Of a DNA stretch of 64,000 nt, positions 28,776 through 40,700 are shown piece after piece. The translations under genes were made by a program, and so were the position numbers. Below the pieces are notes generated by a model. The model was not told the origin of the DNA. It was given only the letters and a program-made list of their open reading frames with translations, and made no database searches. Every line of letters starts with the position of its first letter. Position 1 is the first letter of the stretch. The DNA is from a virus, in IMG/VR virus record IMGVR_UViG_3300023179_008562, positions 1-64,000 of that record; one strand, given 5' to 3'.

Positions 28776-31700
28776 ATGGCCGCAAGAAAAAGTTCAAATT
28801 TATTGCCAGGTGTATTTCAGACCGATACCAATCAGAAATTTTTATCTGCAACTGTGGATCAGCTGATATCCGAACCCAGACTAACCAAAGTCAACGGATA
28901 CATAGGCAGAAAGTTTGCGCCCACCTACAAGTCTGGTGACAACTACATCACAGAAATCAGTGCTGACAGACAAAACTATCAACTTGAGCCCAGTCTGTTG
29001 GTCAAGGATGAGTCTGGTCAGATAACTTTCTTTGCCAGTTATGACGATTTTCTAAACAAGATAAAATACTACGGTGGTTTTACTGATAAACAAAGTCGTC
29101 TGTTTGAGCAGGAATATTATAGTTTTGATCCTGGTATCAGTTACGACGCATTTGTTAACTTTAGTCAATATTACTGGCTCCCCGACGGTCCTGAAGCAGT
29201 GTCAGTGAATACCACCACAATTGAGTTGGTGAAAAATTTCCGAGTTGTCAGAAATGTTGCCAGTGACCGATATGACTTTTATGATAACAATATTGTCAAT
29301 AACAGCATTACTCTGGCACGTGGCGGCACTTACACATTTACGGTCAATCAGCCAGGTATACCTTTCTGGATACAGACTGAACTGGGAATCGACGGAGCAA
29401 TTAATGCCACACCTGCTATATCGTCACGTGACGTTTTGGGCGTGGAAAACAATGGGACTGATTCGGGTGTTATAACTTTCCGAGTGCCTCAGTCAGATGC
29501 ACAGGACCGTTTTGTCAAGATGAAAACAGTCTACAATGTGGATTATGCATTCTCCATGGCATATGCCGACATACATAATTCCCGACTGTCTGAGTTTCTA
29601 GAAAAGTTTCCAGAATATTATGGGATAACCAATCAGTTCGTTGGTAAAACCCTGGTTTTGGTTGACCAAAATCTTTTAACCAGTCGAGGTGAAGCAGCCT
29701 GGTCTGGCGATGGCATCTACGATGAGCAGAATTATAATACAAACCCATTTGATTCCAGTGACATCATACCAGAGAATCAGAGATCCGGGGTCTGGCAAAT
29801 ACTTTATTCAGAATCAGGAGTTCCAGAAGATCCAATCATAAAACTGGTACCAGTTCTGGTACTCAAACAAGATCAGAAAGTTTTTGTCAAATCTGGCATT
29901 CGAGCCAGTCGGGAATTTTATCAGGACTATGATGGCCTACTGAAACCCATGCCATTGTTGAGCAATCTACAGGATACTTTGTATTTTCAGGATGGCGACA
30001 GTGCCGGCATTTATGGATTTTTAAAAGTAGTCAATCCTGCCAATGATGTCATTGATGTTGACCGAGAGATCATTGGCAAGAAACTCTACACCAGCCCCAA
30101 TGGTGTCAAATTCACCAATGGTTTGAAAGTCAGATTTGGTTCAGATGTCAGCCCTGTACAATATCAGAACCAGGAGTTTTATGTTGAACGGGTAGGGCGC
30201 GGTATACATCTGGTGCCAGTTGATATTCTGGTGCGTCCCGAAGCATACAATGATGAAATTGCCCAGAATTATTCAGATGAAATTTTTCCTGAATACATCA
30301 CTATTAATCGTGATTCCATTGATCTGAATGCCTGGTCCAGAAACAACCGATGGTTCCATATTGACGTCATAATTAAAACTGCAGCCTATAATAATCGCCA
30401 GCCGGCGTTGGACCAGCGAGCGCGTGCACAAAGACCTATTATACAGTTTGATGTCAACTTTCAGTTGTTCAATAATGGTAGAACCGCCAAGAAGCCCATT
30501 GACATCCTGGACGTCACTACTAGTGATCCGTTTAATGCCTACGACGGTCAGATCATTGAATCAATTTTCGGTATCAAACCTTTTGATGGAATGCGTATCC
30601 TGTTTTCAGCAGCTGAAGATCCATTGGTGAGAAATAAGATTTATGTCATTAATCTCATACAGTATGATCTAGATGATTCTGGGTTGCCAACAGGACCACG
30701 ACGTATTGCCTTGTCTATTGCCGAGGACGGAGATGCCGCTGTCTGGGATTCAGTGGTGGTCACGCAAGGGCAATATCGGGGCGTCACCTGGTGGTTCAAT
30801 GGTAACCAATGGGTCCAGGGCCAGCAAAAAACACAATTGCAGCAAGAACCCCTGTTTGACATCATTGATTCAGATGGTCGTAGTTTGTCAGAGTTTTACC
30901 GCAGTACATTTAACGGAACTCGACTTTTTGGTTATGTAAGAAATGCCGCTGGGGTCACCGATAAAATTTTGGGATTTGCTCTGAAATACAGAAATTTCGG
31001 TACCCAGGGCGACATTGAATTTGAAAATTACTATGACACTGATGTGTTTAGTTATGTTGAAAATCAACTCACACAGAGTGATTTGAGAATTTCTGATTAC
31101 GGATTCCTTTATGAGATTCAGTCTGACGGGGAACTTGCCCCAAGAAACAACTGGCGCACAGCAGTGGAATCCAGCCGGCAGTATCAGATTTTAAACTTTA
31201 CATACGATGGCATTAATAATTCGTTTCAGCTGGATGTTGTTGCTGCGGAATCGACCAGTGTGCCCAGTCTGAAAGTATATAAAAATAATGTTTTTCTTCA
31301 GACCAATGAATATCAACTTGTCGATAATAAATTAACTGTCACTGCGTCATTGGCGACTAATGACAAAATTGATGTATTAATTTATAGCCGGAAACCCAGT
31401 AATATTGGATATTATGAAGTTCCCAGTAACTTAAACTTAAACGCACAGAACATAGACCTGAATCAGATATCTCTGGGGCAGGTGAGAAATCATCTGGTGG
31501 CTTTGAGCCAGAATTCCACAGAACTAGTGGGTAATATTCTGTCCACAAACAATCTCAGAGACATTGATATAACCTCACAGGGCGGCACCATACTACAGCA
31601 CAGTGCACCGGTGACATACTCCATGCTGTTTTTGATGGATAAGTCTGCAAATTTCATTGATGCATTGCGATTTGCACAACTAGAGTACAGTAAGTTTAAA

Positions 31701-34700
31701 AATAAGTTTTTGGAATTGGCTCAGACTCTGGGTGGCATTGAATCCATGACACCCGAGGCTGGTGTTGATGCCATTATGGTGAGTTTGACCAATATTAAAA
31801 ATATATCGTTCCCCTGGTATTATAGTGATATGGTACCATATGGTACGCTCAAGAGAGTGGTCAATGGACAGGGTTACACAGTATTTGATCCTCTGGTTCG
31901 TTCATACGAAATCAATGGAGTGTTTAATGATCAAGTATTAAGTAGCCGTGCAGTTCTGGTCTATCTGAAAAAATACAATCAGAATAATTTTGTGCAACTG
32001 ATTAACCGTTTAGATTATACATTTGATCAAACTCGTCCAGCCGTTACTATTGAAAGTCGTGTGGAACTGGACATAGATGATGTTATCAAAATTGTTGAAT
32101 ATGACAACACTGATGGCAATTATATACCCGAGACCCCCACCAAATTGGGGTTATATCCCAGATATGTGCCTGAAATTTTTCTAGACAATACCTATAGACA
32201 ACCCATAAATGTCATCAGAGGTCATGATGGTAGTATTATTCCAGCATTTAACGATTATCGAGATAATCTGATATTGGAACTGGAAAAAAGAATTTACAAT
32301 AATATAAAATTACCAGAGACAAATATCAACAGTGATATAATGTCATTGACTCCCGGCAAGTTCAGATCATCCGATTATACTCTGGGCGAAGTCACACAAC
32401 TGATTTCCCGAAGTTTTCTGGCCTGGGTGGGAAACAATCGATTGGACTTTTCCACCAATCAGACCTTTGCCAGCAACGATTCATTTACCTGGAATTATTC
32501 GGGCAGTCAGGACAGAATTGACGGCGAATACATGCCTGGAAATTGGCGTGCATGTTATCAATATTATTACGACACACAGCGACCACATCTGACACCCTGG
32601 GAAATGCTGGGATTTACTTCCCAGCCAGACTGGTGGCAGGACTATTATGGGCCTGCTCCCTACACTGGTGCCAATCAGGTGCTGTGGGATGATCTGGAAG
32701 CCGGTAGAATCAGACAGGGATTTAGAAGCCTGATAGATCAGGGGCAGGGCCCAGGCATTGATCCCACCTTTGCCAGACCCGGTCTCAGTCAGGTAATACC
32801 TGTGGACGAACATGGAATATTACTGAGCCCAGCTCAGATTTTGGCCAGATCCACCCATCCCAAATCTGCGGCCAGTGCCTGGAAAGTGGGGGATTTTGGT
32901 CCCGTCGAATGGGCCTGGCGCAGCAGCAGTGATTATCCTTTCGCAGTTCAACGTGCCATGGCTCTGGGAAAACCAGCCAGATATTTTGGGCTGTTAATCG
33001 ATACGTATGGATACAAATCAGACAGTCTGATTGATCAATATCTGACACCCAATAAAAATCACCTCAGGCAGACCGATGTCAAATTTAACGGCGATATTAC
33101 TCAGACTGGCGTAGTCAGAAGTGCCGGTTACATAAACTGGATCATTGATTATCTGAAAAACCAGGGCCTGGATCCTGTGAGCAAATTGTCATATATTCTG
33201 AAAAATTATCAGGTCAATCTGGCCTACAAGATGTCAGGGTTTACTGACAAAAAATTTATTCGGGTCCTGGCAGAGCAAAGTAGCCCCAGCAGCACCAATG
33301 ACAGCATTATGATTCCTGATGAAAACTATCAGATTCATTTGCATAAATCAACCCCCATACAGAAACTCACATACAGTGCAGTGATTGTACAAAAAACAAC
33401 CAATGGGTACAGTGTCAAGGGATACAATTTAAACAATCCTTTCTTTACCATTATACCCAGCCAGACCAACAATAACAGCACCAAAATACAGGTCTTAACC
33501 GAAATTGCAACTATTTTTAAAGACTATCAGAGAGTCAAACTCACTGTGCCTTATGGTTATGAATTTAAAAATCCGCAGCAAGTGGTGGATTTTCTCATAA
33601 GTTATGAGCGATATCTTCTGAGTCAGGGGTTTACATTTAATGGGCGAGATCCCGACCTCAGGCAGCCTCGTAACTGGAAACTCAGTGCGCAGGAATTTTT
33701 ATTCTGGTCACAGCAGGGCTGGGGTGTTGGCAGTATTTTGGTTTTGAGTCCCACGGTCAATGATCTGGCCCTGGTGACCAAAAATGCTGTGGTTGATGAA
33801 ATTAGCAATAGCCAGATTGGGTCAAGAATTCTTGATCAGAATTTCAAACTTGTCAAGAACAACAACTACAATGTGGTGAGAACTCCCACAGATTTTAAAA
33901 TATCATTGTCTGTCACCGGTAGCACAATTGGATTTGTGGAATTGGACCTGGTACAGTACGAACACGCATTAATTTTTGATAATCTCACAGTTTTTAATGA
34001 CATCATTTACAAACCAGAACTGGGCAATCGACAATATCGATTAAAATTAATCGGACAGAAGACCTCAAACTGGGACGGCAGTCTGAATGCACCGGGATTC
34101 GTATACAGTTCTGATCAGATTCAAACCTGGCAGCCTGGCCGAGATTACCAGAGAGGCGAACTTGTGCAATACAAGGCACAGTACTGGGTGGCGCTGGAAT
34201 TTGTGATTGCCACCACTGATTTTGCCTGGACCAAGTGGAAACAGATTGAGCAGTCGCAAGTCCGTGTTGGTATGCTACCAAATCTTTCTACTCTGGCGGT
34301 TAAAGGTCTGATTTCTTACGACAATTACGGGCAGATACAGGATTCAGATCAGTTGAAATACAGCTATGGGTTAATTGGATATAAACCCAGGCAGTATCTG
34401 ACAGATTTGGGTCTTTCAGACGCCACACAGATTGAACTTTACAAAGGATACATTAAGCAGAAGGGCACAGAAAATGCGGTCAATCAGCTGACCAAATCCA
34501 AATTCAATAACATTAATAGCGATATCAAATATTACGAAGAGTGGGCGGTGCGTGTGGGTGAGTACGGGGCGTTAAACATGAATCCCTATGTGGAAATCGC
34601 TCTGGACGAAACTAATTTTGGAGTCAATCCTTCCCTGGCCAGGTTTGTTGAGGATACGTCAAGGGATCAGGGTGATGGTATTACAGTTTTCAATAAAACA

Positions 34701-37700
34701 CAGTTATACGGGTCATCTGGGCACTTCAGTGGGTTTGTGGCACTAAACCGATCAGTGATCAGTGATATTAGTAATGACATTCCCACAGCTGGGTACGTTA
34801 ACATTGAAGATATAGATGCCACTTTATTTGATCTCAGCTATTATTCATACATTGGGTTAGATATAGATTACGTTGGCAGTGGTTACACCATCTGGTGTGC
34901 TCGAGATTTTGCCGGTGATTGGAACGTTTATCGAGTTACTGAAACCGACAACCACATTATCAGTGTTGCCAACAGTTTAGACAACTATGTGTCATTCACC
35001 ACACAGGCACCACATCAATTAACTATTGGTGATGTGTTTTTGGTCAAAGGACTGAATTCTGCATTTGATGGGTTTTATCGAGTTCACCAGACCCAGGGAC
35101 TTGATCAGATTATTGCTCTCTATCAGGGTGATCCCGCAAATTATCAAAATTTAACTTCTCTAGACGGATTTGCCATGTTACTCAGACTGGACAGCATGCG
35201 ATTCCGATACATGGAAGATGCCAGAATTTATGGTCTCAACAACCCCCTGCATGGGTGGAAAGCCGGAGATAAAATTTGGATTGATGTGGATGCGGCCACC
35301 ACAACAGCAAATGGTCAAAGTCAGGACACTGAAAGTGGAACCTGGAAGGTCTACGAGAAAACCATGCCCTGGGGGCTACAGCAGAACTTATCCAAGGCGT
35401 CTGGGGAATATGTGACCAATGATGGTTTTGGCACTTCAGTTAAAATGAATGCCGACGGGTTATACGCAGTTGTTGGGTCACCCAAATCTCTGAACACCGG
35501 CACAGTCACAGTATTCAATAAAAACGCTTCAGGAGTGTTGGTCGAAGGAGAACAATTATTACCTAAATTGGATCAGACTCTGGATTACGGCGCCGAGGTC
35601 AGTCTGGCCACTGAAAGGCTTGCAATCGGTGCCCCTGGCAGTGTCAGTAATACGGGTAGAGTCTTTGTTTACAACCGACCCACCGGGACCAGTACATTTT
35701 TACCAACACAGGTATTATCAGGACCAGCAAACTCTGCTGGGCGATTCGGATCCAGCCTGACATTTGATGAAGTTGGAAACTGGCTGTATGTTGGTGCTCC
35801 TGATGAAGACCGAGTATATGTGTATGGATTAAATCCCAGGGTCTCAGTCAAAACACAATCTCTGGCCATAAACTCTCCCACAAATATCATTACATTGTCC
35901 TTCAGTCCTGATGTTCCCAACAATGCCGAATCTTTGCTAATCACCGGAGTCAATCGAATATTTTTACCAGATATTGATTATACAGTTACTGGTAGAATTA
36001 TAACATTTGCATCCAATTTAAGTTCTGGTGATTATGAAATCACACAAAGAAGTTACTACACATTGGTAAAAGTGCTTACTGGTCCTGCTGGCAGCGAATT
36101 TGGATATGCTGTCAGTGCCAGTCTGGATGGTGCGCAATTGGCAGTTGGTGCACCAAATGATTCAGTCACGGTCGATGATGCAGCCATCCCTGGTGCTGGT
36201 GCAGTGTATGTCTATGACCGATCCATTGAAGCGTTTAACACCATCACTGATGCCACTGACACCGAAGGTGTGACTTATCAGACACGGGGTAATATTGGGT
36301 TGATCTATCGAGTCACCATCAATAACACTGAAGTCTCTGACTATGTTGTTGCTGGTGACCATACTCTGAAATTTAAGAAAACCCCAGTTATTGGCCAGGT
36401 CATTTATGTTGAGACCAATGAATTTAAATTGTTGGAAAAATTAATTGGCATCGACAGTCTGGAGGGTGGGCTAACAGCCATACAGGAAAACTGCAGATTT
36501 GGTACAAGCCTGACCATTTGCAGCAACAACTGTGCCATCTATGTGGGTGCTCCCAATTACGATGCTGGTACACAGTATAACACTGGTGCAGTCTGGAAAT
36601 TTCATAATCGAGGCAGATTGTATGGCACCAACACTGGCAGCACACGAGACCCAGTGTTCACACCAGGTGACACCATACGATTGGACAATTTTGAAATCAC
36701 TGTCACTGGCACCAGTCTGGATGATCTGGTTCAAGACATTAACAATGCCAGCGTCTTGGGTGTGACTGCAACTAACCAAAACGGACACCTGCGTCTGGAC
36801 AGTGATCGAACCGTGGCCAAAAATCTCTTGCGAATTCTCAGTGGTGAGAACAACACCGGGGATACTGACGGGGTCAGTAACGTTTATGCTGCTGCTGGCT
36901 TGTCAGTATTTGCGTTTATGCAAATTATCGTCACGCCCTATCGAAATGCCAATGAACAATTCGGTAAACGGGTTGTGCTGGCACGAAATGCCTACATGTT
37001 GGTGATTGCCAGTGATGGTGGCACCACCAGACATTATACTACTTTTGATCAGGATCAGACCTACATAGACGATCGTTCCACCGGTATATTTGATTCAGTC
37101 GTGAACAGCGGTAGTGTATACATATATGAATTATACGATGACCCCCGCAATGAGGTGGAACATCCGGGCAGATACGCATTTGCTCAGCAGCTGGACCCTG
37201 GCCAACTCAGAGCAGGAGATCGATTTGGTGCCGCCATAGATGTTGTGGGTCGTCAGATAGTGGTCACCGCACCGACGTCTGATCTGGTAAAAACCGACGC
37301 CGGCGCAGTTTATGTATTCAACAATCCCACAGGTCACAGAGGTTGGCATCTGATCAGATATCAGGAACCCAGGGTTGATATTGAAACTGTAAACAGAATG
37401 TATCTGTATGACACTATTTCACATACCATTTTAACTAATTTAGAATTTATTGATCCTGCCAAGGGAAAAATATTGGGCCTGGCCGAACAAGAAATTACTT
37501 TCAAAACTCCATATGACCCAGCCTATTACAATCGTGGCGCATCAACCCAGACTGATCTGGATCGCAATCTCTACTGGGGCCCATCACAGATTGGTCAGGT
37601 CTGGTGGAACCTGGACAACGTCAGATATCTGGATTACGAGCAGGGTGATTTGAGTTATAGAAGTGCCAACTGGGGCAGGGTATTCCCGGGATCAACAGTT

Positions 37701-40700
37701 GAAGTCTGTGAATGGGTGGAAAGTGACGTCCTGCCCAGTCAGTATTCTGGTGACGGCCAGGCCAAGCATGCCGACGACAGCGCCTATGTTGAGATCATGA
37801 CAGTGGATCCAGTCACCAACATAATAACCAGCAAATACTACTATTGGGTCACCGGAAAAACAGAATTAGACTATAACATCCCATTTAGAAAACTACCCCT
37901 GAATTCCATTCGAAATCTGATTGAAAATCCCAGAAATCAGGACATTGCATATGCTGCATTGATTCGAAATAATGCTGTGGTGTTTTACAACCTGGGAAAA
38001 TATTTGTCAGCACGCAATACCATATTACACCTGGACTATGAATTACAGCCCAACGATAGTCTGATACATAGCGAATATGACTTGTTACAGGTTGGTAATG
38101 TCAGCAGTGCCATACCTGAAAAAATTGTCAATAGGATGATTGACAGTTTATCGGGGATCAACAACACCGGAGCAAATGTGCCTGATCCAACATTGCCTCC
38201 GGCCAATCGTTATGGTATTAGTATCAGACCCAGACAGACCATGTTTGTGGACCGATTGCAGGCCATGTCGGATCTGGTGGACTTCGTTAATTCCATATTC
38301 ATCACAAAGCCCATCACCAGACAATACGATCTCAGACAACTGATGTCAGAGGAGCCCATACCAGATGTAAAATATTCAGAATATGATCATCAGGTGGAAA
38401 CCAGAATTGAACTGGATTATATTGACACGGTTAAAACACCTGTGGGGTATCGGGTATTGGTCAAAATAGACACCACCCAGGATGGCTTATGGGTAATATA
38501 TCAACTACGGTCAGACCGGACCTGGCAGGTGACCAGGGTTCAGAGGTATAAAACTGAACTGTATTGGGATTTCGTTGATTGGTATGCTGAGGGCTACAAC
38601 ATCACTGATAAAATAGAATATGTGGTGGAAACTCTAGTGGATGCTCTGGCATTGCCTGCCAGGCCGGGTGATGAAATATTAATTCGAGTAAATCGGGGAC
38701 TTAACAATGTCAGAGGTTGGAATTTAATTTCAGTCAGTGACAATGGTGAATTTCAGGTGGTTGGCATTGAAAATGGCACCATACAACTGAAATCATCACT
38801 ATACAATCTCACAGATAATCAATTGGGATTTGACGGTCGTGGATTTGATTCCAGCAGATATGATCAGAACCCAAATATTGAAATTCGACAAATTTTAGCA
38901 GCACTGAAGGATGACATTTTTGTCAATGAGTTGCGCTCCGAATTCAACAATTTGTTCTTTGTCATGATAAATTATCTGATGACCGAACAAAAATATGTGG
39001 ATTGGATTTTCAAAACCAGCTTCATTAGTGTGGCACACAAACTTCGTGATCTCAACCAATATCCCAATTATGTCAAAGATAATCAGACCTACTATCTGGA
39101 TTACATCAACGAAATCAAACCCTACGCAACCAAGGTCAGAGAATACCTGATCAAATATGCTGGTGATGACAATTACGCTGGTGATGTCACTGACTTCGAT
39201 CTGCCACCATACTATGACAGAGAACTTGGTCAGTGGAGAAGTCCGGACGGTGAGTATATTGAACAAGATCGACAACTCTGGGCCACCGGATATCTGGCTG
39301 ATGGTACGCTGATTAACCCAGATTACCCACAATGGTATCAACACAGACATCATCAGATTGTTGCGATTGTCGTTGAAGATTCTGGTCAGGGATATACATC
39401 TGAGCCCACTATCACCATCGTGGGCGGTGGTGGCAATGTGATAGCTGCCCGAGCACGCGCCCGGATAGATTTTGACACCGGGCAGGTTATTGACATTGAG
39501 ATTGTTAGTTCTGGTAATGGGTATGCCAGTACGCCCACGGTGGTAATCAATGGTAGTTGTGAACGCCCAGCGCGTGCATATGCAGTTTTAAAAAATTTAC
39601 AAGTCAGAAGCTTTGATTCAACCCTGAAGTTTGACAGAATCAACTATACCAGTCTGGTTAAAGAGTGGGCAGCAAACACTGTTTATGCGGCGGGTGATAT
39701 CCTGACTTACGCAGTGCCTGACGGTGGGACCCTGGTCAGAACGGCCTATCGTGTACTGAACAATATGGTTACTGGGGCACAATTTGACCCCACCAATCTG
39801 GAAATTTGCCCGGCGGATTACTTTACCAATGCCAATGACAGAATCATTGCCTATTATCAACCACTGACGGGCGCAGTGGGCAGAGATTTGAGAAAATTAA
39901 TATCAGGTATTGATTATCCGGGGGTGGGTATTACTGGGTTGACATTTGATCGGCAGCCGGGATTTGACGGACTATTAGATGGTGAGCCCTTTGATGCAGT
40001 GGAATATGACGAGGACGGAAACCCCATACTGAGTCGGTCTGCCGTTGACACAATCATTCGCAGCAACTATCTGGATAGTAATTTAGGTCTCAGACCCGAA
40101 GACATTGATGTCGATGGCGGTGCATATGTGGATACCTATAGTAGCCACGCTCCTGAAGAACTGGTGCCAGGCATAGTATTTGATACTTTAAATCTCAAAG
40201 TCTATACCAAGGTGGCTCTGGGAACAACACTTCTGGGGTATAGAATATTTGTTGATATGCTGGGAGTGCCTCACTATACCAGAATTGCATCTGCCTACTC
40301 CACCAAATTAACCAGAGATTTAAATCTAAATGATCAACGTATGTACGTGGCAGACGCCACCGTGTTGGCCAGACCTGATCCCACCACTGCCACACCAGGC
40401 GTGGTGTTTGTCAACGCCGAACGCATCACATACTATCGAAATTATGCCACTGAAGTCAGATTCTGGGTCCCCAATGTCAGTTATCGATCCGACACTGTGT
40501 TGAGCCACGGCAATATTATTACCTTCAGTGGCCCAGTGACTGCTAACATTGGCGATACCATCCATCAACCAGATTCTGGTGCTAACATCAGAGTGGTTTC
40601 CAATGTAGTGTCCAGTCTGGAGGTTCCAGCACAATATACATTATCGCAAGGGCGAATCGTTGGTAATGTGCTGATTATGGGATCGGGAACTGTACAAATA